DNA of 64,000 nucleotides. It comes from Bugula neritina (Eukaryota > Animalia > Bryozoa). Location: the NCBI GenBank assembly GCA_964035545.1, contig OZ037767.1, positions 16,213,292-16,277,291 of the forward strand, written 5' to 3'. Positions 38,993-54,395 of the stretch are shown piece after piece (the stretch's first letter is position 1; each line of letters begins with the position of its first letter). A program made the translations under genes and the position numbers. The notes below the pieces were generated by a model, which ran no database searches, was not told where the DNA came from, and was given only the letters and a program-made list of their open reading frames with translations.

Positions 38993-41048
38993 ATCTGCCA
39001 CATGCTGATGAATTGAATTACTCAGCTTCCTGTATTTTATTAACTGATCTAAACAAGTTTCTTCAAGTGTAAAGTTAGCCGAATTGTCAAACAAGCATGT
39101 CAACATGATATTGATATCTATATAACTATATAACTATAATATAATAATGTATATAAATAGATGTACTATATTCTATTTTATTGTACGATTTGAACTAATT
39201 AAACTATTTTATTATCTTGTATGCCAGGCGGGCTGAAATATAAATGTGACATTAATATATGTGCTTAAAAATGTATTTTATTTCATCTAAAAATAGATTG
39301 TAATTTTTATTTCCTGCCAAACAAGCAACTTACAGAAAATTTGAGTGAAAAAATCAGAGCTAAAAGTCTATTTCTGTAGTAGATTACATAACATTTTAAA
39401 GACTGCTGCTTTAACCATATGTAGTAACTGCTTTGAATTCAGCAGCCATCAGTCTGTATATCTATAGTGTTAGCGAAGAATATTTTTAATTTGCATGTAT
39501 TGTTATTTTAACACACCCAGCTAAGACTTTCTCTACATATAACTGTGAAATTATAATTGCAGAATCAACACATGCCAATAGTAGTTATAACCGCTAGTTA
39601 TATTCAGTATTTTATATTTTGCTTGCTTAAATAATTATAAAGCAATTCTCACGCTAGTAAATTTTTACTGGTTTTATTCAGCTTTAACAGTACAAAAACC
39701 ATATTTTGTCACTTATGCTGCCTATTTCTCTCCTAATAAACAAAAGTTTTGATTATTTTGGCATGGGCATGTTTCTTCAATGTTAAAGGTCTTTCAGGTA
39801 AAAGAAATTTAAGAGTTCAACAGTTTAATTTATTTACAGGCCAATGAATGAAAATTTCGTAATTACGTATCATAATTATTATGTAATAAAATCTACTCTC
39901 AAGAGACTCACATATTTGAAAAGCTGTATGATTGCTGGCCAATCTGTGAGGATTAAAAATTGAGAAACTCAGAAAGCTGAAAGTTAAAGCCTGTAAATAT
40001 AAAGTTACATAATAGAGTAGCTGGTATTAGCTGGTAATTACAGTCAGTTTTGGTAAGTGCTGTGCATGTGAGCTAAGTCTATGGAATATGCTCTACTTAT
40101 ACTAAATTTGGTCTCATAAACAAGTTTTCAGAGTTTAGGTTGTCTTCAACACAAAGAATAATTCACCAACCAATCTTAAGCAGTATGATGGCTGCAGCAA
40201 AAGTCATCAACTGAAGCCATCATATTAATAATTTAATTAATTGCTCCTTGCTTTATACATGCATAATATAATTATTATAACAAAACAAATATCGACTTGT
40301 ATTGTATATTATGTCTATCATATATGAGGTGCGTTTTTAGAAAGGGGGAATTTAATAGTAAGCATTATGGAAGGGGAGATGACGGTATGACAAAGGCTTG
40401 GTATCACTGGGCTAAATGAACCATAAGAACTCTACCCTAGTATCACATTTCTTTGCCATCTTGATCTCAACTTGCCAGTTGAGAAAATTCAGGACTAATC
40501 AGAGATTCAATGATGTCCCTGAAGATGCTAGTGCTAAAAAGCTCACTTTATATGTAGTAAAAAAATTACATAATAGAAGTACAAAAAAATAAAATGCAAG
40601 TGGTAGCTGACACTGAAGGTTACTAATAAGAAGCAAATTTCTTGTAAAGATTCTGCTACTAAAATGGAAATTGATGTTATCAGTATATTTGTAATCTGAA
40701 AATATACAGGATCAAAACTAAACATTTTCAAAGCGAAAACAGCTGTCAATTTATTTTTGTTCTGGGAATGCTTTGGCTTACAGAAAAGTTTGTTGTATTT
40801 AGGATGGTTAGTAATTATGATCTTACAAAATAGCGGCAAATATAAATAAAATCATTTATATTGTTATGAAATGAGCAGCGCCTTAGCGTCGGTAACGTAT
40901 AATTATTGTTTACATCTCGTAACTAAGTAGCTAGCCGCCACAATTAACGATCCTTGACTCCGTCGCTAAAAAGTTTCATTTAATTTATTCAAAATACGTT
41001 TCCGCAATTTTTCGCTGCGCGAATGAAAAATCTATTTGCATGCAAATC

Positions 41049-41488
41049 CAGTGTGGTATATTAAGAGTGTTGCCATTAACAAATCTTACGGAATCATATG
41101 GGCGCCATTATGCCGAGATTGGTACCGCGAGTTTATATAAGTTATAAGGGAAAAATTTTGCCACTTTTGTTATTTTATTTTTTTTCTAATTTATGTGTAC
41201 ATTTTTTTTAATTTTTTTTATTGGTAAAGTTTTTAAACACATTTTTAATGCACATAAAATTAAAAGAAAAATTAAAACTCAATCATGCACATAAATACAA
41301 AGCTATAAAGTTCAAGCTTCGCTGTGATTTTAATGTGAATATGAATTGAATAATGCTTGCAATAACCATTATACACAAAATACATTACAGTTGCTATAAA
41401 TGTAAGACTAGTTAATTGGATGCAAATAAGCACGGTAATACTACTTAATTTATGCTATTTTTGAATTTTGTAGTAAATATTTGGCATG

Positions 41489-41582
<94 letters not shown>

Positions 41583-42059
41583 ATATTATTATATATATAT
41601 AATATATAATATTATTATATGTATATATATATATATATATTATATATAATATCATTATATATATAATGTATATAATTTAATATATAATATAATAATATAT
41701 TATATATGATATTATTATATATATAATATAATATATAATATAATAATATATTATATATATTATATATGATATTATTATATATATAATATATATATAATAT
41801 ATTATATAATATATTAATGCACAATATATTATTATAATATATATATATATATATATCATATATAATATAATATATAATATAATAATATATTATACATGAT
41901 ATTATATATATATATAATATATATATAATATAATATATAATATAATAATATATAATATATTATTAAAAATTTATATATATTATATATAATATTATTATAC
42001 TTGTATAATATATATATAATATAATATAATATATAATATATAATAATATATAATATATT

Positions 42060-42098
<39 letters not shown>

Positions 42099-42992
42099 AT
42101 AATATAATATAATAATATATTTTATATGATATTATATATATATATAATATATATATAATATAATATAATAATATATTATATTATTATATTATATAATATA
42201 TTATTATAATATATATATTATATATAACATTATTATACTTGTATAATATATATATAATATAATATAATATATAATATATAATAATATATAATATATTATT
42301 ATAATATAATATATATATATTATAAATAATATAATATAATAATATATTTTATATGATATTATATATATATAATATATATATAATATAATATATAATATAA
42401 TAATATATTATATTATTATATTATATAATATATTATTATAATATATATATATTATATATAATATTATTATACTTATATAATATATATATAATATAACAAT
42501 ATATAACATAAAAATATATAATATATTATTATAATATATATATATATATATATAAATATATAATACATGCCGAATATTTACTACAAATTTCAAAAATAGC
42601 ATAAATTAAATAGTATCACCGTGCCTATTTGCATCCAATTTACTAGTCTTACATTTATAGCAACTGTAACATATTTTGTGTAAAATGGTTATTGCAAGCA
42701 TTTTTCAATTCATATTCACATTGTAATCACAGCGAAGCTTAAACTTTATAGCTTTGTATTTACGTGCATGATTAAGTTTTAATTTTTTTTAAAATTTTAT
42801 ATGTATTGAAAATATGTTTAAAAACTTTACCAATAAACAAAACTAAAAAAATGGACACATAATTTTAAAAATTAAAATAAAATCACAAAAGTGGCAAAAT
42901 TTTTCCTTTATAACTTATATAAACTTGCGGTACCATTAGCGACATAATGATTTTTCATGGTTTAAAGTCAACACTCTTAATATACCACACTG
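41049..42992. mobile_element. hAT-like non-autonomous foldback element
   Basis: CAGTGTGGTATATTAAGAGTGTTG...CAACACTCTTAATATACCACACTG termini, perfect 8-bp TSD TGCAAATC (41041-41048, 42993-43000), ~430-bp imperfect arms around ~1.07 kb of almost pure A/T low-complexity sequence. Confidence 0.9.
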
Positions 42993-44626
42993 TGCAAATC
43001 AAGCAACATAATATTATTATTATTGTTCTCTCCTTACTATTATAGAGCCGACTTTTGTAGTTGAGTGACGCGTAATAATCCTTCTGCGCATAGAACTTCC
43101 CCGTTATTTTTGGTTTTCTCCGTTACTAGTTGCCAAGTGTCCGACCAGTTTACTGACTGACACTATACACTATACTCTATAGACTCCCGTAGGGTGAGAA
43201 CAGTCTGAGTCATATCATCATTTCTCAAATTAATCAGGTACTTTACTACTTACTATCCATAAGCATTAGATTTAGTATTGCAATTGGTTTTATTACCATG
43301 TCCCGTGTCCGCTCTCACTCAGCTATCACATTCACTGAGTATCAGCTATGACATTGACTATCATCATCATGATCATGAGATAAGTGATCATCCTAAATTT
43401 ATTTATAGTCATGACATAAGTGATAATCATAATGATAATCTACCTCACTCAATTTGAATATTAGAATATCTTACTACTGGCACTAGTCAGTTATTAATCT
43501 CAATGCATGGTAATCCGAATCGCTACATGTTATCATAATGATAATATTTAATAATATTAATAGCAACGGCATGACAAATGGGATGAACCTGAAATGATTT
43601 TTGCTTAGAGTTTATTATAAATATAGCCAAACATTATTCAGGCTAGCTTTAAAAGTAAAAACATAGCTGCAGCTATTGTAACCATCAACCAACTAAAAGT
43701 TAACCCACAGTCAACATAATATGAATGAATAGCCATCAAAATAATATGAATATGATTATAGTTCTAAGCTCTGCATGAACAAACAAGGAAATATTATGAT
43801 TAAATCTTAATAAAATCTGGATTCTTGACACTCAAACTTCTAAATGAGAAAATTGAATGACTTGCCTCTGACACGATAAGATAAGATAATATGTCTGGAC
43901 TAAACTGTGCATCTTAACAGCTTTATGTTCTCCAAATTGTTAATACAAAAAACTGGATAGCCAGAAGCTATATTCACATTGATATTTGTAAGAACCCCTT
44001 TGGAATGAATGCAATTGACTTCGAATTGACTTCGATGGTTAGTGATGATTGAAATAAATTGCAAGACAATAATTGGCTAGATATGGGTGTAGAAGCTGCC
44101 AACTCATGAAACAACTACACCTGACCTAACCGAAGCACCAACATGTTAAATTAGTATGTTTCACATCACCATAGTTTCTATTAGATGATTAGAATAGAAA
44201 GCTAGCAGCTGATGGCAGTTTTCCTGGCTGATGGAAGGGTGGGTCTAAGTAAAATTTTTAAATAATGCATCACCAACACTGCAGAAATGTTAGAATGAGT
44301 TTTGTCATTTAGATTATTAACAAAACAAAGTATTTTCAACACCCAGCACAAAATATTTGATGAAATTATGTTTTCTCACACTACTATGTCCCCCCCCCCC
44401 CCGTTTAGTTTCTCACTCATGTTATACACTCCTTGCTATAGAATAGTTCAAAGTAGATCCTGGGAAGGAACAAAGTCTATCCTATGCTCAGGTGTGGACT
44501 CTTTCCCAGTAGTGTATCAAAATGCTCAGTTAGAAACAAATTATTATTGTGAGTTCTGGTGTAGTGTAGAATGTTATGCTAAGAGCATGTGTATCTTTTA
44601 CAGAATTTCCTTATCATATAACCAAG

Positions 44627-47600
44627 ATGGCAGAATCCAGAGTTGTGAAAAAAAGACTAAACAATTTGTATCGCTGTGGGTACTGCTCACAGTACTTCAA
44701 CAAACTTGAAGATCCCAGAACTCTGCCCTGTCTGCATGTGTACTGCATGAGATGTTTGAAGACTGACATCGGTGGTAGGAAGGATCATATCAGATGTGCT
44801 TATTGTAGGTGAGTTACAGTACATAACACAATATATCATGTCATAGGCTTGCATATGATTTTCTCACTATCATCTAGGAGTTGTCTGATCTGTGTCTATG
44901 GAAAGCTAACGATACTGTATATTCTATGTGAACTCTGGTTAAAAAATTGTGGATAATGAATGTATTTTTGCTAATTATTTAAATCCAATTTAAATGCTCT
45001 CACTTTTTGTACCTTCTACCCTCTATAATTTTATATAATAGAGTTTTGTTAATCATTGTAATTGAAGTCAAAGTTTTGGCATCTGAAAAGGTGTCTATTA
45101 TTAAGTAATTTGCTTAGTAATTAACAATAAGTTCTCACTTTTATTAGCAGACAAAGTTTTAGCTAACAGTCTTTTTCTACTTCTCAGGTATATCTGGTGT
45201 CTTCATGGATCGATTGATCTGAGACAGTGATTGTGTGATAGCCTGTGGTCTATATAATGAATGTGTGTTGATGAGTGATGAGTATCTATTTGAGTATTTG
45301 TCAAGGACATAGCTGTGTGTGTGGATGGAGTATTTCATTACTTGAGACATCATATTATATTATACTTCCTGGTATACTAAACAGAGATAACACACTGATT
45401 AATATATTGTAGGAAAGATCACTATGACATAACAGACCCCACTACTCTACCTGTCGCAAAGCATGGAGACCCGCTGGAATATAAATCTCCACCCAAACCT
45501 GCACCCATGCCTTGCGATGTTTGTAAAGATGGAACGGAAGCTGCCACATTCTGTGTCGACAGTCAAAAGAGGTTGTGTCAGCAGCATCAAGAAGTGAGTC
45601 TTTCTTGTATCATGTCTCAAGATTGGTTACTAAACCAGTTCTGGTTTGTGTGTAGAATATTATTGAAAAGAAATGTTGAGTCTGTGTGACTTTTTATACT
45701 AAACACACAGTTTCACAGTGCAGTGAGTCAACTATGACAGACTTGTTGGTGAAAATACAACCAACTAAACTGTTGACCTTTATTATACAGACTCATAGAG
45801 AGCTGATGGGAGATAGACATCAGTTTATTGACATTGAGGTCTACAGAGCTTCTCCCCAAAGATATACTATAACTGAATGTGAACATCATAAACAGGAACA
45901 GCTGACAGAAGTGTGTTCCAAGTGTCACCAGATATTCTGTATGAGATGTGATATGAGGACTGGCTGTAAGGATAAGACAGGTATTTACTTGCTGTTTCTA
46001 TTTTTGTAGAAAGAAACTGGGAAATATTACACGAACCTGTTATTGATTATTTTATCTTTAAAATAAGTTATGTAACAGCAAAAGAGGCCGTAGGTTTTTT
46101 AGACTGAGTTGATATGAATATTGAAACGAGATCTTGTGAAAAAAATTAAAAAAGACACGCTAACGGCTAGAGGTGTTTGTCAGCATATTACGGTTTGTGT
46201 GAGACAGAAGTGGATAGTGCAGGAGTTTATATTCTCACTGTTATGTTGAATATTCAGTATATTTCATCCTTCAAGTGTCTGTTTCCTTGATAAGATGGTA
46301 TAGACATAACTTTAACTCAGTGGTGTCCCACCTTTTTCAAACCATTCCGCCTTTTTATAAGTGTTTTCTATAAAGTTTCCCCCTTTTAAAAAACACTATT
46401 TTATATTTATAAAGAAAATCTGGGACAGGTTCTTTTCCCTAATAATTCTTTGAGTGTAAGAAAAGTCACTTAGTTTTTGACGACATGGAACAGTGTCTGC
46501 AACAACTTCAGTTATTAGCTTTGAAAGCATTGATGCTGCTATTAAAAGCTGTGAGTTGATGATTAAACTCATTCATTTTAGATTCAGATTTTTTAGTGGA
46601 GCAAATATATCTACTAGGTATGCAGTAAATTGTTTATAGGGATCAGTTTGACTGGCTGCAAAAAATTTCCTGTTGTTTTTTGCTTTAAAGAAACTTTTTA
46701 ACCTGCATTCGTAGCAGGAGGGGTAGCAGCTAGGGTAGAGTGAATATTAGACACATGGATGTAGAAGTAAACTTAGATTATAGAGTGTTATAGTGTGGAT
46801 AAATAAGTGAACTAAATAAAACAAAGGTTTTATAGTTATACATATACATGTAACTTAGAATACAAGGGAAGCGCTTAGAGAGCTGGAAAAAACTGTGTGA
46901 ATTTTTTAAAAATCAAAACCCCTTTTAAGCCCAAATTCTACACAAGGAGGAGCTCCCCTAAGGTTGGAGCTACTGCTTTAAATTTTCTAACTACATTATT
47001 CCAAGTGCAGTGAATAATGAGCTAACCATGTGACATCTTTCTAGAATGTCCCTTTGTGTAAATTAGTGCTAGAGAAAGGTCAGCTATGATCAACTCAGAT
47101 AGCAATACTTGAGACAGAGTCCAACTGTTTAGTAATTACATAGTATGTGTATAGTGATACATCATCTACCTGTAGTCGCAGATAGTAGGTGTACAATATC
47201 ATATCTAAAAGTATATTACTTTTATTAATAGTGTGATTTTATGTATACAGCAGAGACAGTAGCATTCCATGACTTGGCATCTTTGAGTGATTTGTCTTGT
47301 GAGTTACGAGAAAGTCTGACTGGTGGAATAGAGACGCTGTCTGAGAAAGTTGCAGTGTTGAATGACATCTCAAAGGATGCCTGGAAAGAACTGAGTAAAA
47401 TAGAAGATGAAGTGCAGAAGATGGTTGCCAGAGTAAACGCTGTAGCTGATGCTCAGGTATGCTGACATGGTGATGTCATCTAATGTATTTCTGTTTGTCT
47501 GAAATTAGATTTTGCATTTGGTCTTTCAGTTGTAATCAAAAATGAATTTCATTTGTCATTGAAATTAACTGGCCATTAAAGCATTATCATTCTGTGTACA

Positions 47601-50570
47601 AGTAGCAGTAGTCATTCATAACATGTTACTCAGTGCAGAGGAACCTGCATGTCAATACAGGTGACTCACTCATCCTTCTGCAACTGTCAATCATTCAAAC
47701 AGAGAGGTTGGCTATGTGAGTGATTGACAGGTGTCAGGAGGAGGAGACTAGTCACATTATGTACTAACTTTCTGCTGTGTATTATGAAGTGTCATTGTAT
47801 TCTTAGTGGGTGATTTGTCACTTTCATTTCAAGTGTAGAGGTTGTGAGGTTCAGAGGTGGTTATCCTGTGTTACTATTTATTAGATAGAAAAGATTAGAA
47901 AGAGAGCTACAAACCTGAGGCTAGAAATATATGGATATTTGAAGAGCTGCACACAGATAGTGGATAATTATAGAATAGAGCTGGCCTTGAGTAAGACAAT
48001 GGGCAGACAGTCTCTGCTGGACACAGTACAACATGCAGTTGATAAGTTCAATGGTGCAGGGATTGTGAGAGACTACAAAGAGATGAGTGGGAAGATGGAA
48101 AAGGCTACAGATATTGGTGTAATAGAGAAGTGTGTACTTCCAGACAGCATCTTAGTACCAACATGTAGGTCGAGTTTATAAATAGTAACACTAACTATAT
48201 AAATAACCTTCTGCTTGTAATCAGTTAAATTGCTTTTATTGAATATTTGAATAGGAGAATAAAGAGAAGCCTCTGATAATTAGAAAAGTAGATAGAGTTT
48301 ATTTATTAGAGAATTGAGTTTTGTTCTACTCTCACATTATGAGACATTTCTGCAGTGTTTCAGAGTTTATGATGTATAAGCCTCGGGCCACACGGTGCGT
48401 TTTTTCGCATGCGAAAATTGAAATCACAAGTAGCAAAGGTGTCCACTGTAGCGTCAGTGATGCGTGATAAATAAAGCTTTCATTTTTAATTTTCAATTTT
48501 CGCATGCAAAAATACGCACCGTGTGGCCCTAGGCTAAGTGAGCTGCTAAACTGTGTAATGCTGACCACCTGCTGTCAGTATTACCAAAATATTCTCACTC
48601 AGACCTGTGCATCACGTAGCAACTTGTAGTAACTACAGACCGCTTGTATTTAAAACATCTTTTCATTTCAAGTTTGAAAAGCTGTTCCCACCTCCTCGGG
48701 TGATGAGATTCTCAAGTTATAGAATTGTTATTTTGTTGTTGCAGACAGTGAAGACAGTCTGGGGCTGAAGCTGCTGCAGCCACCAGCTTCTCTACAGTTT
48801 GATGGACTTTCTGTACGTGACTGGTGTTACACAGTAAACATGTCAGCTGATGGACATCTTATGTGTTGGACACTACAAGGTGTAGAAGTAAGAAATGGAG
48901 ACACTCTGGATACCATCAGCTCAGTGAAGAACACCAGCACTACAGAGTGGTGGGAGATAATCCAACCTGAAGGGGTGATCGTTGGCAGCTGGTATAACAA
49001 GAAGGAGAAAACAGCTGAAGTCTCACTTCTTGATCCGAACTCCTTTGAGAAGACTCGCTCTGTCTACAAGCTGTCAGTAAATGAGCCCTTCGCTTACTAT
49101 AGAATAGCTCAGCACCTCTCTCTGGTGTATATTGTAGACTGGAGTGAGAAACAGCTGGTAGTCTGTAATCTAGTTGACAATAAAATACAGAAGTTCCCAC
49201 TTCCTGGGATGAAGTACCCTCTACCTGTATGCATCCTCCCAGACTCAACTCTCCTCATAGGAGACTTTGCTGAAGGTGGTACAGTAAGAAGATATAAAGT
49301 GGAGAACACAACTCTCACTCTAATGTGGGAGTTCCCTCACATCTCACAGCCAACTGGTATTTCCTTTGATCCAACATCTGAACTGATTCACATCTGTACA
49401 TGGAGAGGACCTCTCCTCATCCTCTCACTTGAAGGTAAATACTCTGTTTATTATAGTAAGTTTAGTTATTTTATATATAATTATGCTGTAATAAATAATA
49501 TATTTTATTAATTAACAGTAAACAACTTCCACTCATAAGATATATTATGATATTGTTCGTATATATCAAGTCAATGATGTGATTTTTAGCTAAAAGTTGT
49601 GTAATAAAGACTGTAACATGTTGATAGTAGATGTTACATTCTTCATCACATGACTTGTAGCTAATAATAATATTAGTGAATAATACTGCCTCCCTACAAT
49701 AAGTTTATTTCCAGCTGCAGTAACATGCAGGATGTAAGCACAGGTAAAAGTGTATATTATATTGTATAGGTTTAAGGTGTACTCTGTGTAGTGTGCAGTG
49801 AGCTCTTAGTAAACTTTCCATTCAGTCTTCTATTTCAAGGGTTCACCTGGTAGTGTAGAAGAGAGGGACTCCACACTGCCAAGTGCTGCAAGGGGTTCAA
49901 ACCCACCTATCAGCATGTCTATAGTTAGTATACTATGCAAGTGTTTTACAGTAATTTTAGAGGTGCTCAACCTAACAACTGTACAGACTGCCAGCTACAT
50001 ATGTGTTATGAGTTGTAGTTTGACTTCAGTCTAGTGCTGCTATTGTTTGGGTCATCAGATAATTTAAAGATAAATAGTTTAATACTTTTTGACCCGCCAT
50101 TACTGAGACTATTGTAATTTGATGATGGCTGGTAGAGCAGTGTTTGCTGGTGGGACTCAGGTGGCTGTGGTTGGTTCTTGTCAAGTATTTAATATGTGTT
50201 AATGTTGGAGTAGCTGCAGTAGTAGTTAGAAATAGACATGCATGTGAGTGTGTTCTTGCTAAAGACCGCAGGCTAAGTTTGTGGGTCAAGGTCAATACGT
50301 TAGTATAATGATACACTATTTTCCGCTCTGTTTGAATATTTACTTCATGCATATAACCTGCTTAGTTTCATCTTTACAGGAAGTCTGTCTGTTTCTCTCA
50401 ATGCCACCTGCTACAATATGATGTTATTATTTACAGGTCAACTGGTGCTCACAGTTCCCAGAGAAAGTCTTGGTGTGAGTGACAGGGTGTGGGAAATTGC
50501 TGTGTATAACAGAGACACAGTGTTTCTAGCATGTGGAGACGAACTGAGGAGATACACAATAAAATACTAA
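44627..50570 (+). CDS. TRIM E3 ubiquitin ligase copy 3, 620 aa
   Basis: Exons 44627-44808, 45413-45593, 45791-45980, 47251-47456, 47885-48164, 48745-49434, 50437-50570. Open frame, 1863 nt. Confidence 0.9.
48380..48534. mobile_element. Internally deleted Tourist-like MITE in TRIM copy 3 intron 5
   Basis: Same TIRs, TAA target duplication; empty site gatgtataagtgagc in copies 1 and 2. Confidence 0.85.
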
Positions 50571-51603
50571 ACTTATCAGCTACAGTTTACTAATAATTAG
50601 CTCAGTGACGTACTGAGAGATAAAATGGATAATATTTGTCATCAACATATTCATTACAATTCAATACACACGCTCATGATAGTGTCAGGTATATTATATT
50701 GTGTGTTTCATTTACACTGCAATTATACTTTTGTATATTATTCTATATTCAACAGAACTTGCACTGCTTAGCCTATATGCATTAATTTATGTTAATTGTC
50801 ATTAATTCTAGTTGATTGAGATATTTGACTGTATAAAATATGTGTTGCCATTTTACTATCTAATAAAGTTTATTTGTTAGTGAAAACATAGTCTGTTTTC
50901 ATGCCTCATTAGCTTTAGTTCAAGTTGAGTTTGGTTACTAAAAAATAATCTTTACTGGAGCAGTAACTGTAAATGACTCCTCTGTGGGAGAATGCATTCA
51001 CTGAATTGACATGCAGGTGCAAGTAACTCCAACATGACTGTAAGCAAGTTTTTCCAACCATGTTATATAATATACATTCCACTGCTGTTTATACAACATC
51101 ATTGAGGAGCCAATCAAAATGTTTCTTGTCATGCATTCAGGAAGCTGATAAATAATATATAAGGCAATCAACTAGATATAAACACTTTGGTACTTTACAC
51201 ATGAGCTGTCTGTGATGCAGCTGCTTTGTAAAATGTGTGTCATTTGATAAGTTTAGCTAATTGGTTGCAGTTTAATTATGATGTGTTCCCCATTCACCTG
51301 GTAGAAATACCATGTGTACTGACAGAGGACAACTCCTAAGCATGTATAAAGGCATCCTTTTAGTAAACAAGATATTGCAATGCTATCATCTAATTAGACA
51401 ATTCTATTCTCATGAAACTGCAATTAGTGCTCTTGTGCAAATTGAGACAAGTTGCCACGTTGGCTTTATAAAATGCAAGTAGTGGGGAGAGCTGAATCTG
51501 CGGCATATTGAGAGCCAAAAGTATAATACTGTAGTAGATTACATAACACTTTAATAACTGCTGCTTTTATCCATATTAGCTGCTTTGAAATCAGCAGCTG
51601 TTA

Positions 51604-51667
51604 GCCTAGGGCCACACGGTGCGTATTTTCGCATGCAAAAATTGAAATCACAAGTAGCAAAGGTGTC
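51604..51667. mobile_element. Single TIR of the Tourist-like MITE (truncated)
   Basis: TTA|GCCTAGGGCCACACGG...AGGTGTC followed by unrelated sequence. Confidence 0.8.
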
Positions 51668-51732
51668 TTCGTTACGTTTTACCTTGTGTTTAGCATGTTG
51701 ATTTTCTTAATGTAAAAATTTTAATTCGTCAA

Positions 51733-51783
51733 TATTGTGCCTGAGAAGTGCCGAAGAGGCATGAAACTATTAGTAGCGCAATA
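51733..51783 (+). ncRNA. Degenerate minimal type I hammerhead ribozyme in a Penelope-like terminal fragment
   Basis: Stem I TATTGTGC/GCGCAATA; core CTGAGAA (G8->A); stem II GTGCC-gaaga-GGCAT; GAAA; stem III ACT-att-AGT; GUA cleavage triplet; then AATAAA and a (TA)n tract. Confidence 0.55.
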
Positions 51784-51848
51784 AAACAACATCCATATAA
51801 TTAAATTGCTCTTTTCCTCAATAATATATATATATATCTATATATATA

Positions 51849-51931
<83 letters not shown>

Positions 51932-54395
51932 TATAAAATACAATTGAAGTTCACAAAATATATGCAATTTAATACAATATATAGTTTTCTTGGATCAAGT
52001 TCAAACAATGTTGTGTTTGCTGTGATGTTAACACAATTCAAATATCTATTGAACATGGCTTCAACGTAGCATCATGCTTCTCTATCTTTGTTTATGAAAT
52101 AAATAAATTAACTGTGTAATGGTTGAATCCCGTACAAAAGTTTAAAGTGTGCCTCTTTTCTAAAAGTTAAACCGTTAAGTTTTTATATGCTTTCAAGGTA
52201 TAAAAACTGTTTGCTAAGTTTGTACGTTCTTTTTGTTATTTTATTACCTGAGCTACTATATTTTTTCTAAATATAAACTTGAAATTATAACAGTATGGTA
52301 ACAGATCATAACATTTAATACAAAGTTATGTTGATTAAAAATTGTTAAAACCATTTTTATATTTTGTTTGCTAAATAGGTATAATTCTCAGACTCCATCA
52401 GCAGTTGAAAAAAATCTTTTGAGTATTTTGCCATCAGTCTTTAATAATAAAGGAGTAAACTTTTCAGCTAAACAAATTAGTTTATAGTTAATTTTACAAG
52501 CCAGGAGATAAAAGGTTCAGCATTATCCTATATAGTATATACCATGATTACTATGTAATAAGATCCACTTTCAAAGAACTGACACCAAGGGAAAAGCCAT
52601 GTATTTACTGGTCAATCTGAGAAGATTAAAGATTGAAAAACGCAGAAAACCAAGAATTAAAGCCTGTAATAAGGTAATAGCTAAAATCTATAGAGATATA
52701 ATGCTTACTATATTAAGTAAAATATAACATAATTATTATATATTATAAGATCTGCATTGAAAAGACTGGAACCTTTGAAAAAGTTCTGTATAATTACTGA
52801 CCAATCTCGAAGGATTGAGAAATTGAGACATGCTCAGGGTCAGCATTTGTCCTCTACCATGCATGATAATTATTATGTAATAAGATCTAATTTTATAAGA
52901 CTCACTACTAAAGAAAAGCTGTATAATTACTGACCAATCATAGAAGATTATATAAAATTGAAAATCTCAGAAAGTCAAGAATCAAAGTCTGTGATTATAA
53001 AGTTACATAACGTACTGGCACTAGCTGGTAATTACAGTCAGTTTCGGTAAGTGCTGTAAATTTGGGCTGAACCTATGGAATCTCTCCTTGCTATGAAATC
53101 CCTCCTGAGTTGTTTGTACATACAACTTTGATGTGTGATTTGTTTTTATTTATAAGGTTTGTCTTGAACATCAAAGAATTGTAGCCCAAACAGCTACATG
53201 GAAGCGGTTGATTCTAGCTCTATTTCCGTGAATACAGATGTGCAACTGCACCTGATACTTGTTAAACAGCTCTACCAGTATTAATATCAAACTCAATTTT
53301 GTTTTAACCAATAGATAAAACAGTAGATGAAATGTACAGGGTGTGTGTTTTGACTAGTCACACTCTAAAATTGCAGCGAATTAAACTTTTCATGGATTTG
53401 CATGTATCTCCTATAACCTGATAAATCTATTAAACTTGTTTTAAAATATTTGAAAATTTGCTTATATATGTTGGTGAAATTTTGAAGGGATATTGAGGAA
53501 GAGGGATGGGTTTATAATCTACTAACAGACAAAGTGCAAAATGCTTCTAGTGATCTGGTGGTAAGAGTGCTGATGATTATAGCATATAAACATATGCATG
53601 TAGAGGCAAGGTACATTTGGCTACACTAGGAATATCAGCTAACTGTTATTACTTCTAGTTCACGAAAAACTCCAAGTAATTTGTCTGAGCAGTAAATTAT
53701 TCATTTGATTTGATAGTTGCCTTATTGTATTAGTGTGTATGGATAAATGACACTTTATTTAGTTGTATTATTTGAACTAATGAGTCTTTCATCCATCTTT
53801 TACCTGACAATTATTATGTATATTCAATTTTCTTATAATAAAGAGATTTTCAGCGGAGTATTTTAAGACAGTTTATATATAACATGAAATACATATCCAA
53901 GTTCATATCTGTACTAACACTATCAAGAACAAGCATGAGAAATCTAAAGGTTTTGCATAATATTTATTTACATGGTGGGAAAAGAAGTTTACATTTCAGC
54001 GCATCTGTTTCAGTAACATCTCAAGTAGATATCAGCGTAATTGACTGGCAAAGAAATCAAGTTGCTATGTTGACCACCAAACAAACCCCATACATAAGAT
54101 AATGAGACAACTCTCAAAAAATGTCATATAATAGTATATGATATAAATAATAAGCAATGCAATATTCGAGAAGGTAAAACAATATTTACAACAAGATACA
54201 GCAATTGGTAGGATGAAATATAGATTGTGATGTATTATAAAGTGTACTAGCTACAGCCATTGATGTTAATAGGTCATATTATAGATACTCGGCAATTTAA
54301 TTCATTGGCTTTCTATCTTATTGATAGTTGAATGTTCCAAAACATGTTATCTGCAGCAAATATGTTGTTGAAGAAAGAATATCTGCAGCAAAATC

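Noticed and set aside
43060-43125. NF-kB/CRE-like motifs upstream of TRIM copy 3
   Set aside because: Short imperfect matches, not conserved in unit 1, expected by chance.
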